From NCBI RefSeq assembly GCF_000181795.1, contig NW_003526943.1, positions 5,635,806-5,699,805 of the forward strand: 64,000 bases of DNA. Reading direction: 5' to 3'. The translations under genes and the position numbers were made by a program. Under the pieces are notes generated by a model. The model was not told where the DNA came from. It worked only from the letters and a program-made list of their open reading frames with translations, and made no database searches. This DNA is from Trichinella spiralis (Eukaryota). Below are positions 10,217-21,000 of the stretch, in pieces. The first letter of the stretch is position 1, and every line of letters begins with the position of its first letter.

Positions 10217-13096
10217 ATGTCGAAGTTGAAAGGCAGCAAATTGATCAACGAAGTCGACGCGTGCAGAGTTGAAGGAAATTGGCAGCGAATTTTCGAACTG
10301 TATCCAACGATCAGCAGCAAAGGAAGCGGTTTGGAACATTTGAGCAAATTTTTGTCGGGCGAAGCAAATTTGGAATATTATTTGGAAAATGTTAAATTTG
10401 CCAACACGCCCGGCGACCAGCACGAACAACCTTTGCAAAAGGCGAAAAGTGAACTGTTGTCGGTGTTCGATTTCGACGATCTCAAACCGGTGGTCACTTT
10501 CGAGGCCAATCTCCTTTTGGCCAAGTTGAATTATTGTTGTGGGAAATTCGACGACTCGGTGAGCGGCTTGAACAAGTCGAAATTGGAACAGGCGGACGTG
10601 GAATTTCAGAATCTGCGAACGTTGTATTTGGAAGCCGAAGCCTACGCGATCAAAGGCATGTGCTTGGAGACGATCCCGCCGCAGAAGTTTTCAAACCGCC
10701 ACCAAAAAATGGCTAGGGTGGAAAAAATTGCCTCGTGCTACATCAAATCACTTGAATTGGCACTCAGCTATTTTCAGGTTTATTTTGCGCTTTTTCTTAT
10801 TTTTTTTTCTTCATAGTTGAAGTTTCTCATAGAAAAAATATTTTCATTTGCCCTCTCTCTTTTCAGGAATATGCAAAATACATCGCATCGCGTCAGTCGA
10901 TCCAATCGATTCAACAATCCAACAGCGCCCAACATGGGCAGAAAATTAGCGTGTTCATCGAGATCGCGCTCCAACGGGTACCTTTGGTTTTCATCAAGCA
11001 CGGTCAGCTCGACCAGGCGGTCGAACAGTACCGGCGAATGATCAACGTTTTGGACTCGACCGCCATTGGTCACTACCAGTTGCAACAGGCTCTGTGCCGT
11101 CAACTGGCCGAAGTGCTCTACCGTGGCATAGTGGATTTTCGCTACCGACATCCGTATCCGGTGTCGTTGAGGATGGGCGAAATCGCGGCCGCCAGTTTTC
11201 TACCACTGCCTCCGTTGCCGTTTTTCGGCGAACTGTTGGCAGTATCGCCTTCCAAGTCGCATATGTTTGTCCCGTCCAATCGATTCGAGGAAATATTTCT
11301 GCTCTTGTCAATAAGCGAAATGATTGGACGAAGAGACGGTTGGCAGGAAAAGATGTCGGCCAGAAGTGTGCACAATATGTTGATTCAGTTGTTGGGTTCG
11401 TTGAGACAGTTTCGCCTGTTGGGCGACATGCTCTGCTCGGTGCTGCGACGTCAGACGGAGCAGGACCGCTACTTGTGGCTTCAGTACGCGTTGTGCTCGT
11501 TTTCGGACCGGATGTTCGACCAGGCGATGTCGGCGATTCGACTTTGTCTGCAATTGAATACCGACAACACCGCCGAGGCGGACTTGTTTCTGCTCGCTGC
11601 ACGGATTTTTGCCGAAAATTTTGGCGCCTACGATCAGGTTGCAAACGTCCATGTGTACCTGCTTTTTTCTTTTACTGTTTTTGTTTTGCTCAGGCGATCG
11701 AAATGGCCGAAAGCGCGTATCGTTCCACTGACAACGTGCACATGAAAAGCCGATGCTTGTTGTTGGTAGGCCTGGCGATGAGTTTGAAAGTGGACAGTCG
11801 ACCGAGCACCGTCCATTTGGACCGGTCGTCGATGACCAGACGACGTCCGGAAGCGGTGCTGACGGTTTTGAAACGCGCCGCCGTGCTCGATCCGTCGGAT
11901 TACATGGCCGAATTCTATTTGGCTTTGGAGTACGCGTTCGATGGTCGTCTGGAGCTCGCCGAATGCCACTGCCGGCGCTCGTTCGCCCTTTGCCAAGATT
12001 CGCCGACCACAGCTTTTTTGTTGGCGTTGCTGCTGACGGCCAAGAATCGACTGGCCGAAGCGTTGCAGTTGGTCGATGAGGCGGTGGTCGAGCACCCGCG
12101 CCACAGCGCTCTGCTAGTGTTGAGGCTCAAACTGTTGGTCAAGCTGAGCCAAGAAGACGGCACTCAGTCGGCCACTGAGCGGTCTCTGTTCGCCGCCGCC
12201 AAGGAGCTGCTGATGTTGTGGAGAATTGTCCAGCAAGACCCGTTTCGCTCGCCCACGCCATCCGAGATGAAAGCACCGAGCAGCATCGGTGCTCAAGAAC
12301 AACAACGCTGTCATCTGCTTGCCCATTCTACTGCTCATTTGTCTGCTGGTTCTGGGAGTTGTACTGGCGCTGGAAGTGAGTTTCGCTTCTTCTACTACAG
12401 TATATATCTATATATATACTGTTCGTTTCTTTGTTTTTACTTGCTTCTTCTTCTTTTCAAGATTACACCGACCAAGGTGATCACGATTCAACTACTTTCA
12501 CCGGACTGACTGGACCTGCTGCTGATGTCAGTGTCGTTGCCGCCGACTCCGGCGACACCAGTTCAGAGGATCTGAGCTTGCACTTCAGCGAACTGAGCAT
12601 GGGCGCTATGACTAATCAGGCGCGTCTCAGAGGCGAAGGCACCATTTGGCTCGAACTGGCGGAAATTCTTCTCCAATTGGGCATGGTCGACGAAGTGGAA
12701 CAGTGCCTTGCCGAAGCGTACAACAGCTGCTGCTCGCAGACGTTTCAAATTCTCTACCTCAAGGGTAGAGTGTTTCACGTGCTCGAACAACTCGCCAACG
12801 CCAAAGCTTGCTACAAAACCACGCTCAGTTTGTTCGCCGGACACACGGCCGCCACCCGTCATCTCGCCTTGATATACCAAGCCGAAGGCAACTATTCCAT
12901 GGCCGAGAAATTGTTGAGGGACGTGGTTCGCGCCGAGCCGGTAAACTTTGAAAATTGGTTCTCGTTGGCGGAACTGTTTTCCATCAGGCAGGCCAATGTC
13001 GAAGCGGCCGACTGTTTCGCTATCGCTTTGGATTTGTACCACAGTTCACCGTTGATACCGTTTTCCGTTATACCGCGTACTTTGAAGCACCTTTGA
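10217..13096 (+). CDS. TTC7: Tetratricopeptide repeat protein 7 (TTC7/Ypp1, PI4KIIIalpha scaffold), ~882 aa; exons 10217-10777, 10867-11637, 11694-12375, 12462-13096
   Basis: N-terminus SKLINEVDACRVEGNW, EANLLLAKLNY, EAYAIKGMCLE, CRQLAEVLYRG, and C-terminal TPRs ending SSPLIPFSVIPRTL. Three GT-AG introns join four ORF-track ORFs in phase. Confidence 0.9.
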
Positions 13097-13402
13097 AAAT
13101 GAATGAATGGAATATTTTGCAAATATTAATTATGTATTTATTGAATTTATTGCACTGAGCTTTTGAATATATTTTTTATTTTCTGCGAGGAAAGTAAATT
13201 GGTCAGTCTGCTGCTGCTGCTATTGAGAAGGTGAATCGTGGGCAATCAGAAATAAAGTGTAAATTTTTCGACGATAAAAGAAAAGCTAGACCAGCTAGCT
13301 AGTTATGTATCTGTAGCTTAAATTTTATGCTCACATGTACACAAATGAATATAAATACAATATTATTATTATTATTATTTTAAAAATAAGAAAAAAAACA
13401 AT

Positions 13403-15697
13403 TCATGGCTTAACGTTCGAATCCCCGGCAGCCGCCGGATCGTCCACGTCGACGAAACAGTTGTCGCTGCTGCATCCAGCGTACGCGTGCATGGTTTTCA
13501 CGGCGGATTTCGGCTGTTTGCTATCCCCCGAGCCGCCGATGCGGAAGTGGGTGAACCGTTGACGTAGGCCGGCCGTGGTCCCTTTGGAGCCGTGTCTATT
13601 TTTGCCTCTCGACACGAGCGCTTTGAACTGTTCGTCGCGGTGCGAAACCCCATCCTCCTGGTCGACCATGCGGATCAGTTCTTCGACCTCGCCCTTGGTC
13701 AACGGCCGCAGCGAGATGTCGCGCACGGCTCGAAACTGGCCGCAGTTGTTCAAGTGTTCGTTTTCCAGGCGAAAATAGTTCCAGATGAATCGGCGCGCGC
13801 ATTCCAAAGCAGCTGTGGTCGACAACAGCACGTCGGCTTCGGTTAGCCAAGCGTCGCCCAAGCTGACGTTCAATACCCAGGTGATTCGCAGGAAAAAATC
13901 CCCCAAAACGGCCAGATAATAGTAGGCGCGTCGACTGTAGACGAGCTGTTCGCGCAAATAGTGGTGCCGTCGGTCGAACAGACCCCAATCCATTTTCACA
14001 TCCCAAGCGTACGTATAGCAGAAGGATACGCAGTTGGCGACGATCCACAGGTAGAAGAATGGACCGCCCATGCGCTGGGTGGACATGTTGTAAGCGGCCT
14101 TGTGCATGGTATTCAACGCACCGAAGATGACGACAAAAAATGTCGTACTGTACTTGCCGGCGTTGAACAAGTGGGGGAAGGGTTGTTTCGAATCGCGATA
14201 CCGTCTCAAGCACTGCAAGAAGCGTATCAAAGCCGGCAGAATAGCGATCAGCGGTCTTATGCCGTAGACGTTCGAACTGCAACGGTCCAACTGATGGCCG
14301 GTCATGTAGACGCCCCACGGTTGGGAATTTCGCTGCGATGAGCCGGTGCCGTTCAGGGAAGATTCGGCGAGCAGCATGCGCATACCGTTTCCGTAATCGA
14401 CTTGTTTGACGTAGAAACAGATGAAATACTGCATGTCCAAGAATACCGTTACCAAACTGTTCATTTGATCGCCGAGCCAAAAATCGGGAAACGTGACAAA
14501 GTGCATGGGTGCGGTGAAACATTTGGCCAAGTGGGTGAGCAGCCAGCTTCTGGAACTGCGAAAGCTGCACCGAAATGGATTGAACAGCCAAACCAAGCAG
14601 ATCGCCAGCAACAGCAACGGATAAAGCAGCTTGGGCAAAAAGCCGACCGCGTCGGCATACAAATATCCGACCACGGCCAGGGCGGTGATCAGCAAGAACA
14701 TCGAACTCACTTCGAGCACTTGCTGGTAGGTGAGATGGCGCCGGGGATCGACTTCAAAAATCAGCACGTGGTTGACACCGTTGCGTTGCCAGCCGTACAT
14801 GTTAACACCGACGAGGAAGATGTTGGCAAAAAGCAGCAAAAAGCCGCGAAACAACCGCACAGCTACCCAACGCGGTTCGGTCGGCGAAGGGGCCAAGCAG
14901 ACGGTGAACACAATGACCAAACAGAGAACCAAAAACGAACCGGTGTAGAAGCCCAGCCGGTACGTGGTCCAGGCGTGCTGTTTCTCGCTGAACGGCAACA
15001 CGCGCAGTCGCTTCATCGCCGCCTGCCGGTCGCCGTCCATCAGTCGGTCAGTGAACGCTTGTTCGGTCAATTGGATCAACAGGTCGATCTCCTTGTTGAG
15101 CAGAAATGGAGCCGTTTCGACATTGTTGGCACGCCAGTCGTTGCCGACCGTATTCTGCATCACTTTGTCGTGCTTTTTCAAAATTTTCCGGAAGCCGGTC
15201 GCGTTCAGCTGTTGGTAATTTTGCAGCAATATCAAACTCAAATAATATTCGCTGAACGCCTCGCGCAGTTGCTTCATCGTGCGGACATCGTGGTCGTGGT
15301 CGTCGTGGTCGCCATGGCCCCGCTGAATAGCCACCAGCCTGGCCAGTGACGGTCTGAACAGCAGCTTTTTGGAGCCGACTTTGAAACTGCGACCGTCGGC
15401 TTCGGGCTTGAGTGTTTGAAAGCGTTCGAGTTCGAATGTCAGCTCACGATGACGTTCCCGGGCTTCGGCCATTTTCCTGTTGAAGAACAGTTCAATTTTC
15501 TTCAGCTCTTCCATGCAAAGTTCGAAAAATTCCTCGTCTCGCCGGTGCAAATAACGCTCCCGGCTGTGGGCGCTGGTCTCCGCCGCCGGCGCCGACTCGA
15601 CCATCTCGTATAGCATCGCTTTCAACAGCTCGTACTGGATGTACTGCTTCCGCCATTCGGGAGTCAGATGTGTCGACAAATGTTCGGCGAATTTCAT
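13403..15697 (-). CDS. XPR1: XPR1/SYG1 phosphate exporter (SPX + EXS), intronless CDS, 764 aa from the ATG at 15697
   Basis: SPX start MKFAEHLSTHLTPEWRKQYI, lysine cluster LNATGFRKILKKHDK, and EXS motifs DFWLGDQMNSL, NAGKYST, WDVKMDWGL, RRFIWNYFRLENEHLNNCGQFRAVRDI. Confidence 0.97.
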   Translation of the reverse strand: MKFAEHLSTHLTPEWRKQYIQYELLKAMLYEMVESAPAAETSAHSRERYLHRRDEEFFELCMEELKKIELFFNRKMAEARERHRELTFELERFQTLKPEADGRSFKVGSKKLLFRPSLARLVAIQRGHGDHDDHDHDVRTMKQLREAFSEYYLSLILLQNYQQLNATGFRKILKKHDKVMQNTVGNDWRANNVETAPFLLNKEIDLLIQLTEQAFTDRLMDGDRQAAMKRLRVLPFSEKQHAWTTYRLGFYTGSFLVLCLVIVFTVCLAPSPTEPRWVAVRLFRGFLLLFANIFLVGVNMYGWQRNGVNHVLIFEVDPRRHLTYQQVLEVSSMFLLITALAVVGYLYADAVGFLPKLLYPLLLLAICLVWLFNPFRCSFRSSRSWLLTHLAKCFTAPMHFVTFPDFWLGDQMNSLVTVFLDMQYFICFYVKQVDYGNGMRMLLAESSLNGTGSSQRNSQPWGVYMTGHQLDRCSSNVYGIRPLIAILPALIRFLQCLRRYRDSKQPFPHLFNAGKYSTTFFVVIFGALNTMHKAAYNMSTQRMGGPFFYLWIVANCVSFCYTYAWDVKMDWGLFDRRHHYLREQLVYSRRAYYYLAVLGDFFLRITWVLNVSLGDAWLTEADVLLSTTAALECARRFIWNYFRLENEHLNNCGQFRAVRDISLRPLTKGEVEELIRMVDQEDGVSHRDEQFKALVSRGKNRHGSKGTTAGLRQRFTHFRIGGSGDSKQPKSAVKTMHAYAGCSSDNCFVDVDDPAAAGDSNVKP

Positions 15698-18095
15698 CTC
15701 CACCCACTTTAATCCCAAATCAGTCAGTCGACAATAAGAAACTTGACTCTTTGTCGAATTGGAATTCTTTTTTATTCAACTTTAAGAAATAAATGAATCA
15801 ATCAACAATTGTATTTGTGTTTTGCTTTGCTCAGATTTTTAGTGATGACAAAATCACTTTTTAAAAAAATACACCGACATCCCGTTAATAAACCCGTTTT
15901 GTCCAATTCTATTGTCCTCAAAACAAACAAACAAACGAACAAAAATGGGCCATTTCCGTTGTATAGTTATGAAATATTGCCCAACAGCATCTCCATTCAT
16001 TTCCTTCAAAAGCAGAATTTGTTCATGATTTATTTTACATATAACCAAACAATTTATTTTATTAAAGACGCACACATACACACAAACACCTAAGAAACAC
16101 TCTCTCAAAAGTATTAAAAGCACCTGACAAACGAAAAAAAAAATCTCTAAAATTCACAGATTCACACATTTAATTTAACACAACCAAAGACAAAACATGT
16201 TCATTTCAACATACCGATTGGATAAATTACTAAACTGTTGAAATAATGGACTTGTACAAAATGAAACTTCACTGCACCTGAAATACTGGAATGAAAAATT
16301 TATAGGAGCTTGGTTTTTGAAATTTTCTGAAAACCTGCCAAATGCAAACATACCAATTCAGCGAACAATCCCAAACCTGAACTTCACTTCGAAAGTCAAC
16401 TTTGAAGACAATGTGCTGGAACAAATCGCATCCACAAACACAAAACTGCTTCAAACGTATAAACTGATCACCTTCACTATCATAGCGCAACGACAGTTTT
16501 GCTCACTTTCGCCACCATAATTTATCACCATGGAAAAACACACAAATCAATTTCATTGTCGATAAAACTGAAAACATTATTTTGAAGACAAATAAGATTA
16601 GCAAATTTGAAATTCAACTAAACTCAGTACAACTGTAAACAAATATGAAGCTTTTTTATCACAATAATAAAATAAACTGAAAATTGCATTTTTTCTGAAA
16701 CGGAACAGCAAAAGTTCGACATGAAAAAAATAATTAAATTATGCATCGAATTAAATTTTCAAATATAAAGTTTGAATTAAAAAAATTCATATACACTAGA
16801 AAATCAATGTATAAAAATATTAGCAATGAATGCTTTGCAACAGTCGACTAATTGCAACAATTGCAAAATTAATAATTAAGAAACATTACAGTAATATTTT
16901 TTCGAAAATCACGTTACACTTACTGTAATAGCATGATGTGTGAAAGATTTGAAATGTTTTTGAGTGTCAGTTTTTGAAAAAAATTTGCTGAAAATATTAT
17001 GTAATTTAAATATTGCTTTATGATTTATTTTGTAATATAAGCATATGCGGATATAAAATTGCTACTAAAATTGCATTATGTATGGTATAAATTAAATGAT
17101 TCAGTTTCTTTAAAAATGAATTCAACTGTCTGAAAGTTTAATGTAACGTATTTTATGTGCTTATTTTTCCTTAGTGAAATAATTTTCGTCATCAAACAAT
17201 TTATAATTGAACTTTTAATTATTATTATTTGTACTTTTTGAACAAATGAGCAAAACATTTACATATAATTTATAGTTTGATATTCTACAGCGAAACGTAT
17301 TATATGCACTGTAAATTATCTTTAAAAAAATTCAGAAAATTATTTTAAAATATTTGAAATTATATTTTCTGATTAATCTTCTGAGCTGATTTTTTTTAAA
17401 ACGTACGCTTCAAAAAGTCAACTTATTCTTATTGGTTCTAAGTTTTTTGAGCATCTTACATTCAGTTTTGAAATTCTTGTTTTATGTTTTATTTGTCTTG
17501 TGTCTATAAAACGTTTCAGTTTGCAATAATGAAGAAACAGTTTTGTTAGTATTCGTCAGCAATTGTGAATAGTAGCATAGAATACGCTTTTCTTGTTGGA
17601 TTATTGAATAAATAGTTTGTAAGTGCAAACATTTGTTTATTCACCAAGTAGCATTTATTACACTTATGCATACAAAGCTTAAACGTGACTATTTTATATT
17701 GAGCTCCGATCCTCTGCTTTTATATTTTATGAAATAGCTGAGAAGTTGAGATACGTTCTCAGCTATTTATTGATGATTGTAGTACAAAGAAAAGTCATCG
17801 CTTAACTGTTCAGCTGCATAGGAGCAGCCAGTATCAGCAGGTAAATATTTTTCTGCTACGGAAGCTATTATTTCTCATCATGAAACTAAATTATATTTGT
17901 GTCGCAAAATTTCAAGTACATTTTTACATTGCGACAGTCTTCTCAAAGAAAATTTAGCTTTTCACGAATTAAAATGCAAAAAACGTAGGTAATTTGCCTA
18001 TAAGTTTGCCTTTATTCTTGTGCAAACGACAGATGCACAATAATGCATTAAAAAAAACTTTGAAAATTTTTTATTTTGTGAATGGTAAAAACATG

Positions 18096-21000
18096 TTAAA
18101 AAGTTGTGTACATTTTAAAGTGCACAAGACAGAACAGTACACCTGAGAAGATGGACAACCATTTCCATTGCATTGAAGAAGTGCTACCATTTATATCGTT
18201 TGACTCTAAAGTATTTATAATTAATTAACAAACAAATAATTTTCAATATTAAGAAATATTTCAAATATCATACGTAACAATAAATGTTACCATTTAAAAA
18301 AATGGTAATATTATTTTACCTTCTTGAGATGAAGTGCTCTCTTCCGTAACTAATTCTTCTTTAATAAGGTCTAATTGAAATCCTTCACCTCCGGGACCAA
18401 AACCAACCATAGTTGGATCATCTGAAATGCATACTTTTGTAACATTTTTACAAATATATTAATAAAACCATCTGTTTTATATTTGCATAAATTGAAAAAA
18501 AATTTATAAAAGCATTAAAAAATGCATAATTAAAATATTAAACTAATATTTAATGTAACGCGAAACTATTTCTTTTTTGTTGTTAAATTCTTTAACGAAA
18601 CAAAAATTAATGCAACAAACTGAATGTAAATTATTGTGTAAAAAAGCTTCAAGAATGCACATTTTGTGAAAGCTATTAAACATTTCATAAAAGATTTGTA
18701 TATGTATATATTATTCCTTTTAAATTTAATAATCAATTATTTATACTTACTTGGCAAGCAAGTCTGATACCATGGTACAGAGTTGGGTGGACAGACGCAT
18801 ACAGTTCCATTGCAAGTGGAGTCTGCCAAGCATTGCTGTCCTTGACTACAATCCTCACCCGGAAAAGCAATTCCTAAAATAATTATAAATTATGATAAAC
18901 TGAAGTAATGGTAAAATTAAATAATCAAGCTAATCAGTATGCTTGGATATAAAAAATGCATTTTTTGATGAGCATATCCATAAATAACGGATCTTTTTTT
19001 AACGCAATTCCCTAATATCAAATTACATAATTTATGATATTTTTATAATTATTAAACTAACCTTCTAAATCTGACACGCTGTGAGCGTTGTTTTTTATAT
19101 CTCCAACTGGAAGTTTCTTGGAAATATTTTTTGCCAAAGTTATCTCTGCTTCGTTAAACTGATCAGGATATTCATTCCAGCCAATTGTTTCACCGGTTTC
19201 TGCATTTGTTTTAACCAACCACTGGATTAATGGTTCCATGTATTCCATCATTGCAGCGCCAGAAATCTCTTCACTACCAGAAAGAATTTTAAGGACATCA
19301 GTCCAATTCTCTGAAGCTCCCAATTTCATTGCTGATCTAAAATTATTGATGAATGTTGTTTCAGTTATGGAAACATTTAATATTCATTGCATGTGATATA
19401 TATGGACTATAGAAATATAAATGTGAAATCCAAATTTGATTATTGCAGTCATGAAGTGCTAGCTTACATGAGCTTTTCACCGGCTAGTTTTCCTTCAAAA
19501 AAATGACAGCGGTGAAGTGGCCCTTGATAACCAATAGCTGAGCATAATCCTTTCAAAACTTGGAATTGAATCACGTAACCAATGACATTGCTAAATAAAA
19601 CAAATCTAAATCTAGATAAGCCTCAATGATAAAATAATAACTGAACACTTGCCTTGAAAAAGGAAGATTTTGTGCTATTTGATAATTTGAACCAGGATCA
19701 AAATCATTGCTGTCTCGTCGAGCTGGAGATTTTACTCCTTGATATTTCATTCTAAAATGCCATCAGTGCTTAAAAATCTCTTTACTGCATCATGTTTTAT
19801 AATTCCACGTATGCTTATTTTAGAATTAAATACTGCAACAAATATGCATTTGCCCAATTTGCTAAAATAATATTCATTCGTAATTTTACCATTTCACTTT
19901 TAGCAATTTAAATCAAAGTAAATGAGATAGAAAACGCCAGTATTTGAAGGATCTCATGTTGATATTTTCATCATTCTTATTAAATATTGCAAATAACCAA
20001 TGATTTAATTACAGCGGCAACATTTGTGTTATCAATGATTATGCCACTTACCTATATTCCCACCATTTTTCATTCATATTGGTTGCATCTATATCACCAC
20101 TAAATAGACTCCATCTCCATTTATCTGCCAACACTCCGTATGGAATGAAAGCCACTTCGCGTAAAGCAATATTATACAAATAATTGATTGTTTTTTCTTA
20201 AAATGAAACTTTGCTGATTTATTCCAAAATAAATATTTTTCTGATTTACCTTGACTATTTTCCAAATCAGGAAGAATACCGACAGAATGCATGAAATCTT
20301 CAGAACTGACAGATAATGCTAAAGCATTAGTCAATGCATAACTGATTGCAGGATTTGCTGCTTCTCTGAATGATATCGGCTGCTCTTTGTAAGCGATTTG
20401 ATAATATGTACTTGTCATCTGGCGTATTAATTGTATAAAATCTTCCCACGTGACTTGTGCGCACATTTTTATTCTAAATTTAACTGATTAAAATTATATA
20501 ACTGAGTAAAATATATTTTGGAATCCTTACTGATTTTGCAAAAATATGCAATTTCATACTTTTATTAATGAATATTACTTAGATAAAGAAAGATAAGTTT
20601 AATAAAACTATTTTTTCATTTTGTTTTACATTTTAATTAAGAAATTTTCTTTTTTACTATTCAGGAATTTCGAATTGCATATTTTCAAATAAAAATACAT
20701 TGAGCAACAGTGATAATCAGTTCCACGAACATTTTAGTACACATTTTTAAATTTCAAAATGAATTGAAACAAGATTAGCATTTACCTAAAATCCTTTTGG
20801 TTTTTGAAATCAAATGCAGCAGGATAGCAAACCATGTCTCTGTCATTTGGTCTAACAAATATTGAATAATCCCAAAAACTTTTCGGTAATCGACCAAATC
20901 CCATAGAAGTAAATAACTTCTCAGCTGTTCGAACCATCTTTTCAACTGTGTAATTCTGAAAATTAACATTCAAGTTTAATTGCTAAAATAATATTGTTAC

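Noticed and set aside
10124..13158. Antisense and alternate-frame ORFs over TTC7, including the first 200 codons of 11094-12509
   Set aside because: Same GC3 shadow effect; the true frame is explained by the four-exon TTC7 model.
13410..13430. GTTCGAATCCC resembling a tRNA T-loop / B box
   Set aside because: It lies inside the XPR1 CDS, with no acceptor stem, D-arm or anticodon arm.
13575..15707. Long overlapping ORFs on XPR1 (331 aa at 13596-14591 minus, 315 aa at 14402-15349 plus, others)
   Set aside because: One starts on codon position 3 of XPR1 and the other is the in-register antisense frame. Both lack stops because T-ending and TTA/CTA/TCA codons are rare in a GC3-rich gene. No recognisable protein features.
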